A stretch of DNA of 64,000 nt from an uncultured delta proteobacterium (GCA_963776345.1 CAVZMH010000001.1:32001-96000); one strand, 5' to 3'. Shown: positions 40,967-52,040, counted from the stretch's first letter. Numbers and translations: made by a program. The notes: generated by a model from the sequence alone, not told the origin.

Positions 40967-42369
40967 GCGTTCCGCTCTCGAGTCCGCAGGGGCGCGGCGT
41001 GCTCCTCGCGTCCATCGTGGGGTCAGGGATGGCGTTCCTCGACTCGACGGCGGTGAACGTGGCCCTGCCGGCGCTCGGACGGGCGCTCGGAGCGGACCTC
41101 GCCGGGCTGCAGTGGACGCTCGATGCCTATCTCCTGACCCTCTGCGCCTTTCTCCTCGTCGGCGGGAGCCTCGGGGACAGGCTGGGCCGCAAGCCGGTGT
41201 TCGAGCTCGGCGTGCTGGGGTTCGCCGCGGCCTCGCTGCTGTGCGCGCTGGCGCCGGGTGTCCTCGCGCTCGCGCTGGCCCGGGCTCTCCAGGGGCTGGC
41301 GGCGGCGCTCCTCGTCCCGCTGAGCCTGGCCCTGGTCCGGGCGGAGATCGACGAGACCGACCAGGGCGCGGCGCTCGGGCTCTGGACCGGTCTGTCGGGG
41401 GTGAGCTCGGCCGCGGGCCCGCTCGTGGGAGGGTGGCTGGTCGAGACCGTCGGCTGGCGCGGCATCTTCTTCCTGAACCTGCCGCTCGCCGCCATCGCGC
41501 TCTGGGCGGCGAGGCGCTGGCTTCCCGACGCGACGCCCGCCCGCGATCCGCGACCGCTCGACCTGGCCGGCGCGGCCTCGGGAGCGCTCGCGGTGGGTGG
41601 CCTGACCTTCGCGTTGATCGAGGGACCGGCGCACGGCTGGGGCAACCTCGCGCTTCTCTCGGCGGGGAGCGGGGCGGTGTGGCTCGTGGCCTTTCTCCTT
41701 CTCGAGCGCCGCCCGGAGGCGATGATGCCGCTCTCGCTCTTCCGGGACGCCGCCTTCGCGGCGACCAACGGCGTGACCCTGCTGCTCTACGCCGCGCTGG
41801 GCTGCGCCATCTTCCTGCTGATGCTGGAGCTGCAGCTCGCCCTGGGGTTCTCGCCGGTGCGCGCGGGGCTGAGCCTGCTGCCGGTCACCCTGCTGATGCT
41901 CGGGCTGTCGCCGCTCTCCGGACGGTGGGGACAGGCGCGCGGCGGACGGTGGCCCATGGCGCTGGGCGCGCTGATCGCGTCGGGCGGCTTCCTGTGCTTC
42001 GTCCTGCTCCGGCCAGGGGTCGGGTGGACGGCGGTCCTCCCGGGAGCGTCGCTCCTCGGCCTGGGGCTCTCGGTGGCGGTTGCGCCGCTCACCGTCGCGG
42101 TGCTCGACGCGGTCGGCCCCGAGCGCGCGGGTCTGGCCTCGGGCGTGAACAACGCCGTGGCCCGGCTGGCGGGGCTGCTGGGGGTGGCCGCGGTGCCATG
42201 GGCTGCCGGACTGTCGGGGCTCGGCCGGGAGGTCGACCCCGAGCGCCTGACGACGGGCTTCCACCGCGCCGCCGTCCTGTGCGCGGCACTCTGCGTGGCC
42301 GCGTCGGTGGCCTCGGTCGTGTGGGTCCCATCCCGCCGGGGAGCGGAGCCGCTCGCCTCCGCCGGGTGA
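40963..42369 (+). CDS. MFS transporter, DHA2 family
   Basis: LDSTAVNVALP, GGSLGDRLGRK, WRGIFFLNLP, ASGVNNAVAR. Confidence 0.92.
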   Translation: MSVPLSSPQGRGVLLASIVGSGMAFLDSTAVNVALPALGRALGADLAGLQWTLDAYLLTLCAFLLVGGSLGDRLGRKPVFELGVLGFAAASLLCALAPGVLALALARALQGLAAALLVPLSLALVRAEIDETDQGAALGLWTGLSGVSSAAGPLVGGWLVETVGWRGIFFLNLPLAAIALWAARRWLPDATPARDPRPLDLAGAASGALAVGGLTFALIEGPAHGWGNLALLSAGSGAVWLVAFLLLERRPEAMMPLSLFRDAAFAATNGVTLLLYAALGCAIFLLMLELQLALGFSPVRAGLSLLPVTLLMLGLSPLSGRWGQARGGRWPMALGALIASGGFLCFVLLRPGVGWTAVLPGASLLGLGLSVAVAPLTVAVLDAVGPERAGLASGVNNAVARLAGLLGVAAVPWAAGLSGLGREVDPERLTTGFHRAAVLCAALCVAASVASVVWVPSRRGAEPLASAG

Positions 42370-42389
42370 CCCACCGCCGGGGCTCGGCC

Positions 42390-42788
42390 TCAGCCGAGCG
42401 CAGCGAGTCCGGCGCGGGCGACCTGCTCGTCCTCGTGCGAGGCCACGCCGGAGACGCCCACCGCGCCGACCCAGTCGCCCTCGACCTGGATGGGCAGTCC
42501 GCCCTGCACCCGGAGCTGCCCGGGGAAGGCGACCAGCGCGGGCCGCTCCTTCACCACCTCCTCGAGGGCCTTGGTGGGCAGGCGCACCATCGCCGCGGTC
42601 CATGCCTTCCGGGTGGCGATCTCCGCGCTCTGCGGGAAGGCGCCGTCCATCCGCTCCAGCGCGAGGAGGAAGCCGCCGTCGTCCACCACGGCGATGCTGA
42701 CGTTCCACCGCCGCTGCTCGGCCTCGGCACGGGCGGCGTCGAGGATCCGGCGGGCATCGGTCAGGGAAAGGGCGCGCTTGGTTCTCAT
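42390..42788 (-). CDS. GlcG/HbpS-family heme-binding protein
   Basis: IAVVDDGG, RMDGA, KAWTA, GGLPI, GAVGVSG, DEQVA. Confidence 0.92.
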   Translation of the reverse strand: MRTKRALSLTDARRILDAARAEAEQRRWNVSIAVVDDGGFLLALERMDGAFPQSAEIATRKAWTAAMVRLPTKALEEVVKERPALVAFPGQLRVQGGLPIQVEGDWVGAVGVSGVASHEDEQVARAGLAALG

Positions 42789-42907
42789 GCGCAGGCCACT
42801 TACCGCCGCCGGAGCCCCGGGGGAAGCGGGCCCGACCCGGGGGACGGGTCGGACCGGCCTCCCGTCCGAGGGGGCGGAACGTCAGCCCACGCCCGTACGG
42901 TGCTTCC

Positions 42908-44344
42908 ATGGAGCTGTCCTGGGTGGCGGGAACGGGGGGGCTGGTGGCCGGGGCGGCGGTGCTCGGCTGGGTGCTCGGCCGCGCCCGGCTCGCTGCCGCC
43001 GTGGCCAGGGAGCGCGCGGCGCTCGAGGCCTCACACCAGGTGCTCGGAGAGCGGCTGAGGGCCCGGGACGCAGATCTGGAAGAGGAGGCGCGCGCCCTCG
43101 CCGCGGCGACCGCCCGGGTCGAGGCGCTCGAGGAGGCCCGGTCGCGCGCCCTGGCCGACCTCGCCGCCGAGCGGGCCGGCCGCGCCGAGGAGCAGCGGGC
43201 CATGGACGAGAAGCTCCACCTGGTCCAGGCGACGCAGGAGGAGCTCACCGAGCGGTTCAAGGCGCTCTCTCACGACGCGCTGCAGGCCAACACCCAGAGC
43301 TTCGTCGAGTACGCGAAGGCCCAGCTGGAGAAGACGCAGGAGGTGGCAAAGGTCGAGCTCGACGCGCGCTCCACCGCCATCGACGTCCTGGTGGCGCCGC
43401 TGCGCGAGGCGCTGGAGAAGGTCGACGGAAAGCTCGCCGAGCTGGACCAGAGCCGCGAGCGGGCGCAGGGCGCGCTGGGGGCCCAGCTCCGCGCCCTCGC
43501 CGAGTCGCAGGATGCGCTCCGCCAGCAGACCGAGCGCCTGGTCGGCGCGCTCCGGGCCCCCAACACCCGCGGGCGCTGGGGCGAGATCCAGCTCCGCCGG
43601 GTGGTCGAGCTGGCGGGCATGGTGGACCGCTGCGACTTCACCGAGCAGACCCGGGTGGACGTGGAGGGCGGCTCGCTCCGTCCCGACCTGGTGGTGCACC
43701 TGCCCGGTGAGAAGCAGGTGGTGGTGGACAGCAAGGTCCCGCTCCAGGCGTACCTGGACGCGCACCAGGAGACCGACGAGGTCACCAAGCAGTCGCGTCT
43801 CGTGGCCCACGCCGCCGACGTCCGCCGCCACGTGCGCCGGCTGAGCGAGAAAGGCTACGCGGCCCAGTTCGAGTCCGCGCCCGAGTTCGTGGTCATGTTC
43901 ATGCCCGGCGAGGCGTTCCTCTTCGCCGCCCTGGAGAAGGACCCGGAGCTGATCGAGTTCGGCGCGACCCAGAACGTCATCCTCGCCACGCCCACCACGC
44001 TCATCGCGCTGCTCCGGGCCGTGGCCTACGGCTGGCGGCAGGAGCAGGTGGCGAAGAACGCCCGGGACATCCAGGCTCTCGGCCGCGAGCTGCACGACCG
44101 GCTGGTGACGGTGGTGAAGCACCTGGCGATGCTGGGGCAGCGCCTGGGCGGCTCGGTGGACGCGTACAACTCGGCCATCAACTCGCTCGAGTCCCGGGCG
44201 CTGGTCACCGCGCGGAAGTTCCGCGAGCTCGGCGCGGGCGGCGAGTCGGACATCCCCAGGCTCGAGCCGGTCGAGACGCTGGTCCGCCAGCTCGACATCC
44301 CCGCGCTCCCGCCCGGGCGCCGCGGCGGGCACGAGGCGGCCTGA
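42908..44344 (+). CDS. rmuC: DNA recombination protein RmuC
   Basis: N-terminal TM and coiled coil; RGRWGE, RPD, VDSKVP, FVVMFMPGE, TPTTLIALL. Confidence 0.93.
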   Translation: MELSWVAGTGGLVAGAAVLGWVLGRARLAAAVARERAALEASHQVLGERLRARDADLEEEARALAAATARVEALEEARSRALADLAAERAGRAEEQRAMDEKLHLVQATQEELTERFKALSHDALQANTQSFVEYAKAQLEKTQEVAKVELDARSTAIDVLVAPLREALEKVDGKLAELDQSRERAQGALGAQLRALAESQDALRQQTERLVGALRAPNTRGRWGEIQLRRVVELAGMVDRCDFTEQTRVDVEGGSLRPDLVVHLPGEKQVVVDSKVPLQAYLDAHQETDEVTKQSRLVAHAADVRRHVRRLSEKGYAAQFESAPEFVVMFMPGEAFLFAALEKDPELIEFGATQNVILATPTTLIALLRAVAYGWRQEQVAKNARDIQALGRELHDRLVTVVKHLAMLGQRLGGSVDAYNSAINSLESRALVTARKFRELGAGGESDIPRLEPVETLVRQLDIPALPPGRRGGHEAA

Positions 44345-44401
44345 GCGGGGCGCCTTTCCTGGCGGCGCGCGCTGCCGCTCCGCGCTAGAAGCCTCGCCGC
44401 G

Positions 44402-45993
44402 ATGGAGACGACGAGACGCCCGCTGCGGGTGGTGGTGGTGGGTGCGGGACCCGGAGGCCTCGCCGCGGCCATCAACCTGGCGGGGCTGGGGCTCGAGGTG
44501 ACCGTCGTGGAGAAGGACGCCGTCCCGGGTGGCCGGATGAAGGGGCTCACCCTCGGCGAGCGAGGCGAGTACGCCCTCGACACGGGACCCTCCATCCTCC
44601 AGCTCCCCGGGGTGCTGGAGCGCATCTTCGAGCGCTCGGGCAAGCGCATCGAGGATTACCTGCGGCTGGTCCCGGTGGACCCGAACACCCGGGTGCACTT
44701 CTGGGATGGCACGCAGCTGGACACCTCGAAGCACCAGGAGCGCTTCGAGGCCTCGCTGGCCCGGCTCGACCGCCGGCTGCCGATGGCGATGCGCCGCTGG
44801 ATGGAGCTGAGCCGCGACAAGTACGCCGTCGCCTACGAGAGGTTCATGGCCACCCCGGCGGGGAACCTCGGGTACTACGCGCCGTGGCGGCTCCTGCCCG
44901 CGCTGCGCTTCAAGCCCTGGCAGAGCCTGTACGGCCACCTGGACGAGTTCTTCGGCGACGACCGGGTCACCTATGCGCTGGCCTATCCGTCGAAGTACCT
45001 CGGGCTCCACCCCACGACGTGCTCCAGCGTGTTCTCGGTCATCCCGTACCTCGAGCTGGCGTTCGGCGTGTGGCACGTGCAGGGCGGCTTCCGGGAGCTC
45101 GCCCGCGGGATGCAGCGCTGCGCCGAGGACCTGGGCGCGCGGTTCCGCTTCTCGAGCCCGGTGCGGACGGTGTGGATCGACGCCGCTCACGCCCGGGGGG
45201 TGGAGCTGGCGAGCGGCGAGCGCATCGAGGCCGACGCGGTGGTGGTCAACGCGGACCTGCCGTACGCGGCCACGCGGCTGGTCGACTCCGAGTGGCGCGC
45301 AGGGAACGCGGCTCAGCGACCGGGTGCTGGAGGGTGCCCGGTACTCGTGCAGCACCTTCATGCTGTACCTCGGGCTCGACCGCCGCTGGGACGACCTGCC
45401 GCACCACCTCATCTACCTCTCGAACAGCGCGCGCCGGACCGATGCGGCGGCGCTCGACGACCGCTTCGTCGACGAGGACGACCCTCCGTTCTACGTCTGC
45501 AACCCCTGCGTGACCGACCCCGGCGGCGCGCCCGCTGGCCACTCGACGCTCTACGTGCTGGTTCCTACGCCCAACACCCACCAGCCGGTGGACTGGGCGC
45601 GGACGGAGCGGGTGCTGGCCGAGCGCGTCCCCGGGTGGCTCTCCAAGGTCGGCATGCACGACGTGGCCCGGCACATCCGGGCGCAGCGGACCTTCACCGC
45701 CGAGACCTGGCGGGACGAGTTCAACGTCTTCCGCGGCGCCGTCTTCAACCTCGCCCACAACTGGCTGCAGCTCGGTCCGCTCCGTCCGAAGGTGAAGAAC
45801 CCCGACGTGGAGGGGCTCTACTGGGTCGGCGGGAGGGACGCACCCCGGGAGCGGCCTGCTCACCATCATGGAGAGCGCCAACATCGCTGCCGACTACCTG
45901 GCGAAGGCGATCGGCCGCGACGGTCTGCCCGGATGGCCGTACATCCCGCCGGTACCCGCGAGCCCAGGGGGTGCACGCGACGCCGCGGCGTGA
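44402..45993 (+). pseudogene. Phytoene desaturase (CrtI)-family oxidoreductase with two +1 frameshifts (pseudogene or sequencing error)
   Basis: VVGAGPGGL, DTGPS, SCSTFMLYLG, GGGTHPGSGL. Frame changes near 45303-45306 and 45831-45833; removing two bases gives 530 codons ending at TGA 45991-45993. Confidence 0.85.
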
Positions 45994-46120
45994 CCTCCAC
46001 GTGCTCCCGCTCGGGGTCGGCCGTGGACGGCGAGCGTCGAGCATGCGGCCCTGGGAGAACGCAGGAAGGACCGGTGCGCAGGCGTCCGGGGCCCGAACAT
46101 CGCAGCCAGCGTCTGGTGAG

Positions 46121-48289
46121 CTACCGGCTCCCCGGCATCCCGAGCGCCCGCACGGTGAAGGCGAGCATGTCGGCCGCCTCCTCGATCTTCTTCTCGGTGG
46201 GCTTCCCGGCCGAGTGCCCGGCGCGGGTCTCGATCCGGATCAGCACCGGCGCGGGGCCGGCCTGCGCGGCCTGGAGCGCGGCCATGAACTTGAAGCTGTG
46301 CGCCGGGACCACCCGGTCATCGTGATCGGCGGTCATCGCCAAGGTCGGCGGGTACGCGGTCCCCGGCTTGATGTTGTGCAGCGGCGAGTAGGCGACCAGC
46401 GCCTTGAACTGCTCCGGGTCGTCCGACGAGCCGTAGTCCGACGTCCACGCCCACCCGATGGTGAACTTCTGGAACCGGAGCATGTCCATCACCCCCACGA
46501 TGGGCAGCGCGCAGCCGAAGAGGTCCGGCCGCTGGGTCATGACCGCGCCCACCAGCAGCCCACCGTTCGACCCGCCCTCGATCGCCAGGCGTGAGGGCTG
46601 CGTCCAGCGCTCCCTGATCAGCCACTCCGCCGCGGCGATGAAGTCGTCGAACACGTTCTGCTTCTTCAGCTTCATCCCGGCCTGGTGCCAGGCGTCGCCG
46701 TATTCGCCGCCGCCCCGGAGGTTGGCGACCGCGAGCACCCCTCCACGCTCCATCCAGGCGAGCCAGGTCGGAGAGAAGTACGGCGTCTCCGAGATGTCGA
46801 ACCCGCCGTACCCGTAGAGCAGCACCGGACGCTTTCCGTCGGGGGTCACGCCCTTGCGGAAGGTGAGCGTCATCGGCACCCGGGTGCCGTCCTTGCTCGG
46901 GTAGAAGACCTGCCGGCTCTCGAACTCGCTGGGCTCGAACTTGAGCTGCGGAGCCCGGAAGACGCGGAGGTCGCCGCTCGCCGGCTCCAGCCGGAGGATG
47001 GCCGCCGGTGCGGCGTAGGTCTCGAACGAGAGGTAGGTCTCCTCCTGGGTGAGCCGACCGTAGAAGCCCTTGGCGGTCCCGAGCGCTGGCAGCTTCAGCG
47101 TCTGCTGGAGCTTGCCGTCCAGCCCGTGGAGCTCGACCACGCTGTGCGCGTCCTGCAGGTAGTTGAGGACCAGCCGCCGGCCGACGGCGGATGCCTCCTC
47201 GAGCCGGGCCTCGGTCTCGGGGACCAGGGTCTTCCAGCGCCCCCGGTCCGGCGCCCGCATGTCGATGGCGATGACCTTGCCGCGCGGCGCGTCCAGGGTG
47301 GTGTGGAACCACAGCACCGGTCCCTGGCTCCCGACGAAGGCGTACTTCGCCTCGAGCACGTCGACGAGCGGGCGGACCTTCGAGCCGCGCTTCGCCAGGT
47401 CCTGGATGTACACCCGGTTCCGCGGGTCGGTCCCTTGCGTGGCGTGGATGACCAGCCAGCGGCCGTCGTCGGAGACGACGGCTCCGAACTGCCATTCCTT
47501 CTGGTCCTTGCGCTGATAGACCAGCCGGTCGGCGGACTGCGGCGTGCCGAGGCGGTGGTGGTAGAGCTTCTGGAAGTAGTTCACGTCCCGGAGCTGGTTC
47601 GGGCCCGGAGCGTCGTAGCGCGAGTAGTAGAAGCCGCGTCCGTCGGGCGTCCACGAGGCGGAGGAGAACTTCACCCACTGGATGCGATCGGGCAGGTCCT
47701 CGCCCGAGTCCACCTTCCGCACCCGCCACTCCTCCCAGTCGCTGCCCGCCTCCGCGATGCCGTAGGCGAGGAGGGCGCCGTCGCGCGAGGGAACCGTCCC
47801 GCTGAGCGCCACCGTCCCGTCCTTGCTCAGGGTGTTGGGGTCCAGGAGCACTCGCGGCTCGAACCGCGGCATGTCCACCACGTAGAGGACCGGCTGGGCC
47901 TGCAGGCCGCTGTTCCGCTCGAAGAAGACCCGGTTGCCCTCCCGGAACGGCACCCCGTACCGCTCGTAGTCCCAGAGCGCGGTCAGGCGGTCGCGGAGCG
48001 CCGCGCGTTCGGGGATGGCGGAGAGGAAGCGCTCGGTGAGCGCGTTCTCCTCGGCGATCCACTCCTGGTACCCGGGGCTCGACGGTTCCTCGAGCCAGCG
48101 GTACGGGTCGGCGACCTTGGTCCCGTGGTAGTCGTCGACGACGTCGACCTTCCGCGCCACCGGGTAGACGAGGGCGACGCCCGCGTCCGGGCCCGGAGCC
48201 GCGGGCGCGGGAGCGGCGGTGGGGGCGGGTCCACCGTGGGAGCAGGCGATCAGCGCGAGGGGGAGCGTGGCCAGGATGGTGGCCCGCAT
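46121..48289 (-). CDS. Prolyl oligopeptidase (S9A), lipoprotein
   Basis: Lipobox LIAC; DPYRWLE, GYGGF, GGSNGG, DDRV, AGH triad motifs; overlaps the thiolase stop. Confidence 0.95.
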   Translation of the reverse strand: MRATILATLPLALIACSHGGPAPTAAPAPAAPGPDAGVALVYPVARKVDVVDDYHGTKVADPYRWLEEPSSPGYQEWIAEENALTERFLSAIPERAALRDRLTALWDYERYGVPFREGNRVFFERNSGLQAQPVLYVVDMPRFEPRVLLDPNTLSKDGTVALSGTVPSRDGALLAYGIAEAGSDWEEWRVRKVDSGEDLPDRIQWVKFSSASWTPDGRGFYYSRYDAPGPNQLRDVNYFQKLYHHRLGTPQSADRLVYQRKDQKEWQFGAVVSDDGRWLVIHATQGTDPRNRVYIQDLAKRGSKVRPLVDVLEAKYAFVGSQGPVLWFHTTLDAPRGKVIAIDMRAPDRGRWKTLVPETEARLEEASAVGRRLVLNYLQDAHSVVELHGLDGKLQQTLKLPALGTAKGFYGRLTQEETYLSFETYAAPAAILRLEPASGDLRVFRAPQLKFEPSEFESRQVFYPSKDGTRVPMTLTFRKGVTPDGKRPVLLYGYGGFDISETPYFSPTWLAWMERGGVLAVANLRGGGEYGDAWHQAGMKLKKQNVFDDFIAAAEWLIRERWTQPSRLAIEGGSNGGLLVGAVMTQRPDLFGCALPIVGVMDMLRFQKFTIGWAWTSDYGSSDDPEQFKALVAYSPLHNIKPGTAYPPTLAMTADHDDRVVPAHSFKFMAALQAAQAGPAPVLIRIETRAGHSAGKPTEKKIEEAADMLAFTVRALGMPGSR

Positions 48290-49458
48290 CAGGCGGCCTC
48301 GAAGAGCGCCGCCGCGCCCATCCCTCCACCGATGCACATCGTCACCACCCCGTACCGGCCGCCGCGCCGCTTCAGCTCGCGGAGGATCGTCGCCGTCATG
48401 CGCGTGCCGGAGACGCCCAGCGGGTGCCCGAGGGCGATGGCGCCGCCGTTGGGGTTCACCTTCGCCGGGTCGAGGCCCAGCTCGCGGATGCAGTACAGCG
48501 CCTGCGCGGCGAAGGCCTCGTTCAGCTCGAAGACGGCGATGTCCTTCACCTCGAGCTTGTTCTTCGCCAGGAGCTTGCGCACCGCCGGGACCGGGCCGAT
48601 GCCCATGATCTCCGGGGGGACACCGGCCACCTGGAAGTCGATGAAGTAGCCGAGCGGCTTCACCCCGAGCTGCTGCGCCTTCGCCTCCGACATCACCACC
48701 GCGGCGCCCGCGCCGTCAGTCAGCGGCGAGGCGTTTCCGGCGGTCACGGTGCCCTTGGGGTTGAACGCCGGCTTGAGCTTGGTCAGGCCCTCGAGCGTGG
48801 TGTCCGCGCGGAGGATGGTGTCCTCGGTGACCGTGACCTCGTGCGCCGTGCCGGCGTCGTCGAACACCTCGGTCTTCACCGGGACGATCTCCTCCTTGAA
48901 GATGCCCTTCTTCCGGGCCTCGGCCGCGCGGCGCTGGCTCTCGTAGGCGAACGCGTCCTGGTCGGCCCGGGAGATCTCGAAGCGCTTGGCCACGTTCTCC
49001 GCGGTGGCGCCCATGGAGGTGTAGACCTCTGGATATTTCTCCATGAGCTCCGGATTGGCGGAAACCTTGTTCCCGCCCATCGGCACCATGCTCATCGACT
49101 CGGTGCCGCCGGCCACCGCGACCTCGTACATCCCCGCGGCGATCGCCTGCGCGACCTGGGCGATGGACTGCACGCCCGAGCTGCAGAAGCGGTTGATGGT
49201 CATGGCCGGCACGGTGTCGGGCAGCCCGGCGAGCAGCGCGGCCAGGCGGGCCACGTTCATCCCCTGCTCGGCCTCGGGCATGGCGCAGCCCAGCACCACG
49301 TCCTCCACCGCGGACGGCTGGAGCCCGGGGACGGCGGCCACCGCGGCCCGGATGGCATCGGCGGCGAGGGTGTCGGGACGGGTGTCCTTGAACTCGCCCT
49401 TGAGGGCGCGGGTGAAGGGGGTGCGGACGGCGCTGGCGATGACGACTCGGGAAGCCAT
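48289..49458 (-). CDS. fadA: Acetyl-CoA C-acyltransferase (thiolase)
   Basis: NRFCSSG, NEAFA, GHPLG, CIGGGMG. Confidence 0.95.
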   Translation of the reverse strand: MASRVVIASAVRTPFTRALKGEFKDTRPDTLAADAIRAAVAAVPGLQPSAVEDVVLGCAMPEAEQGMNVARLAALLAGLPDTVPAMTINRFCSSGVQSIAQVAQAIAAGMYEVAVAGGTESMSMVPMGGNKVSANPELMEKYPEVYTSMGATAENVAKRFEISRADQDAFAYESQRRAAEARKKGIFKEEIVPVKTEVFDDAGTAHEVTVTEDTILRADTTLEGLTKLKPAFNPKGTVTAGNASPLTDGAGAAVVMSEAKAQQLGVKPLGYFIDFQVAGVPPEIMGIGPVPAVRKLLAKNKLEVKDIAVFELNEAFAAQALYCIRELGLDPAKVNPNGGAIALGHPLGVSGTRMTATILRELKRRGGRYGVVTMCIGGGMGAAALFEAA

Positions 49459-49479
49459 GGTCGTGGTTCTCCTGATGCT

Positions 49480-51870
49480 CTAGTTCCGGAGCGGCTTGCC
49501 CGTCTCCAGCATGTGGGCGATGCGGTCCTGGGTCTTCTCCTCGCCGCAGAGCGAGAGGAACGCCTCGCGTTCCAGGTCGAGCAAGTATTGCTCGCTGACC
49601 GGGGTGAAGGCCGAGACGTCGCCGCCGGTGATGACGTGGGCGAGCTTCTGGCCGATGTGCCGGTCGTACTCGGAGATCTGGTTGTTGACCTGCATGTCGT
49701 ACAGCATCATGTCCACGGTGGCCGCGCCGCTCCGCCCCGGGAGCCGGAAGTGCGTGGGCCGCGGCGGGCGGAAGCCCGACTCCGCCATCCCCAGCACCCG
49801 ACCCTTCGCGTCGCTGAGCAGGAAGTCCCGGTTCAGGCTGATGCCGTCGGCGCGGTTGAGGAACCCGATCTCCCGTGCCTCCTCGGCCGAGGTGGCCACC
49901 TTCGCCGTGCCGATGGTGAGGAACAGCTTCTTCAGAAAGGGCAGCGGGTCGAAGTCGCGGTCGGTGGCGAACGGCCCGTAGAGGTTCCGGAGCAGCATGA
50001 GATTGCCGCCGCCCCCGGGGATGAGACCCACCCCCACCTCGACCAGGCCCATGTACAGCTCGGCCGCGGCCTGGATGGCGTTGGCGCCCATGGTGACCTC
50101 GGCGCCGCCGCCGAGGGTGAGGCCGAACGGCGCAGCGACCACCGGGATGGGGCTGTACCGCAGGCGCTGGTTGGCCGCCTGGAAGTCCCTGACCAGCTTC
50201 TCCACCGAGGGCAGGTCGTCGCTCTTGATGGCCATCAGCAGCGCCATGATGTTGGCCCCGGCGGAGAAGTTGCCGCCGTCGTTGCCGATGACCAGGCCCC
50301 GGGCGGAGGCCTCGGCGCGATCCAGCGCCTTGTTCATCATCGCGACGATGCCGTCGTCGATGGAGTTCATCTTGGTGTGGAACTCGAGCAGCAGCGCCCC
50401 GTCGCCCATGTCCCAGAGGGTGGCGCTGTCGTTCCCGTCGAGCCGCCTGTTCGCCCGGCGGAGGTGGTCCACGCGCAGGGTGCGCGGGTTCTCCTTCACC
50501 GGGGTGGCCTTCTTCGCCGGGATGTCCCAGGCGGTGTCCTTCGTCCCGTCGACCGCGTAGAAGCTCTCGCGACCCGAGGCGAGCATCTGCTCCACCCACG
50601 CCGCGGGCCTCAGGCCCAGCTCCTTCATCCGCTCCACGCCCTTGCGGACGCCGTACGCGTCCCAGACCTGGAAGGGCCCGAGGTCCCAGGCGAAGCCCCA
50701 GCGGAGCGCCCGGTCGATGTTGACCAGGTCGTCGGAGATCTCCGGGATGCGGCGGCTGGCGTAGGCCAGCGAGTCCAGCGTCACCCGCTCGGCGAACTTC
50801 GCCGCCTTGTCGGTCCCGCTGAGCACGGTGCGGATGCGCTCGGCGACGTCGTCGACGCCCTTGGCCGCGCCGAGCGAGTCGAAGCGCACCTTGGCCTGCG
50901 GCCGATAGGTGAGGGTGGCGAGGTCCAGCGCCTGGATCTCACTCTCCCCGTCCTTGCCCTTCACCTTCTTGTAGAAGCCAGAGCCCGTCTTGTCGCCGAG
51001 CATCTTCGCGGCGACCATCTTCTTGACGAACTCGGGGACCTGGAAGGTCTCGCGCTCCTCGTCCTTGGACAACGTGTCGTAGCAGTTCTGTGCCACGTGG
51101 ACGAAGGTGTCGAGGCCCACGATGTCGGTGGTGCGAAACACCGCGCTCTTCGGGCGCCCCATCGCCGGTCCGAAGATCTTGTCCACCTCCTCGACGGTGA
51201 GCTCCGCCTTCTGCATGTCGCGGAGCACCCGGAGCATCCCGTAGGTGCCGATGCGGTTGGCGATGAAGTTGGTCGAGTCCTTCGCCCAGACGATGCCCTT
51301 GCCCAGCGTCTCCTCGCCGAACCGGGCCATGTGGGCCAGGACGCCGGGGTCGGTGTCCGGACCGGGCACCAGCTCCAGCAGCTTCATGTACCGGACCGGG
51401 TTGAAGAAGTGGGTGACCAGGAAGCTCTTCCGGAACGCGGGACCGCGCCCCTGGAGCATCCCGGTGACCGACAGGCCCGAGGTGTTGGAGCTGATGACTG
51501 CGCCCGGCTTGAGGTGCGGCTCGACCTTGGCGAACAGCGCCTGCTTGACCGCCAGGTCCTCCTTCACCACCTCCACCACCCAGTCGCACTCGGCGATGCG
51601 GTGCAGGTCGTCCTCGAAGTTGCCCACCTCGATGAGCTCGAGCGCGGCCGGGGTGAAGAGCGGGGCGGGCCGGGCCTTCTTCAGATTGGCCAGGCCGGCG
51701 AGCGCGAACTTGTTCCGGAAGGACTTCTTGCCGCGGTCCTCTCCGGGGCCAGCCTCCGGGGGGACGATGTCCAGCATCAGGACGGGGATGCCGGCGTTGG
51801 CCACGTGGGAGGCGATGCCGCTCCCCATGACGCCGGACCCCAGGACCGCGACCTTTCGGATGAGGCTCAT
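49480..51870 (-). CDS. fadN: 3-hydroxyacyl-CoA dehydrogenase/enoyl-CoA hydratase (FadN-type domain order)
   Basis: GSGVMGSG, SNTSG, HFFNPVRYM, then crotonase motifs FSAGAN, LGGGAE and GLVEVGVGLIP; ends TGKPLRN. Confidence 0.92.
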   Translation of the reverse strand: MSLIRKVAVLGSGVMGSGIASHVANAGIPVLMLDIVPPEAGPGEDRGKKSFRNKFALAGLANLKKARPAPLFTPAALELIEVGNFEDDLHRIAECDWVVEVVKEDLAVKQALFAKVEPHLKPGAVISSNTSGLSVTGMLQGRGPAFRKSFLVTHFFNPVRYMKLLELVPGPDTDPGVLAHMARFGEETLGKGIVWAKDSTNFIANRIGTYGMLRVLRDMQKAELTVEEVDKIFGPAMGRPKSAVFRTTDIVGLDTFVHVAQNCYDTLSKDEERETFQVPEFVKKMVAAKMLGDKTGSGFYKKVKGKDGESEIQALDLATLTYRPQAKVRFDSLGAAKGVDDVAERIRTVLSGTDKAAKFAERVTLDSLAYASRRIPEISDDLVNIDRALRWGFAWDLGPFQVWDAYGVRKGVERMKELGLRPAAWVEQMLASGRESFYAVDGTKDTAWDIPAKKATPVKENPRTLRVDHLRRANRRLDGNDSATLWDMGDGALLLEFHTKMNSIDDGIVAMMNKALDRAEASARGLVIGNDGGNFSAGANIMALLMAIKSDDLPSVEKLVRDFQAANQRLRYSPIPVVAAPFGLTLGGGAEVTMGANAIQAAAELYMGLVEVGVGLIPGGGGNLMLLRNLYGPFATDRDFDPLPFLKKLFLTIGTAKVATSAEEAREIGFLNRADGISLNRDFLLSDAKGRVLGMAESGFRPPRPTHFRLPGRSGAATVDMMLYDMQVNNQISEYDRHIGQKLAHVITGGDVSAFTPVSEQYLLDLEREAFLSLCGEEKTQDRIAHMLETGKPLRN

Positions 51871-51921
51871 CGGAGTGTCTCCTGCGTCCGCTGACGCGCC
51901 GTGTCGGGCGCACCCTACGCG

Positions 51922-51937
51922 ACTGACTCGATAATCA
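51922..51937. promoter_or_regulatory. Candidate operator upstream of fadN
   Basis: ACTGACTCGATAATCA, an imperfect palindrome, 14/16 identical to 59390-59405. Confidence 0.6.
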
Positions 51938-52040
51938 ACAAGCGCGAAGAAGGCAGCGGTTTCGCGCCGGAAACACGCTGGGAAGAGCTACCAGCCGGCC
52001 GTCCGGCGAGGGCCGAGCCAGGCTCGCCGGAGCGCGGCGT

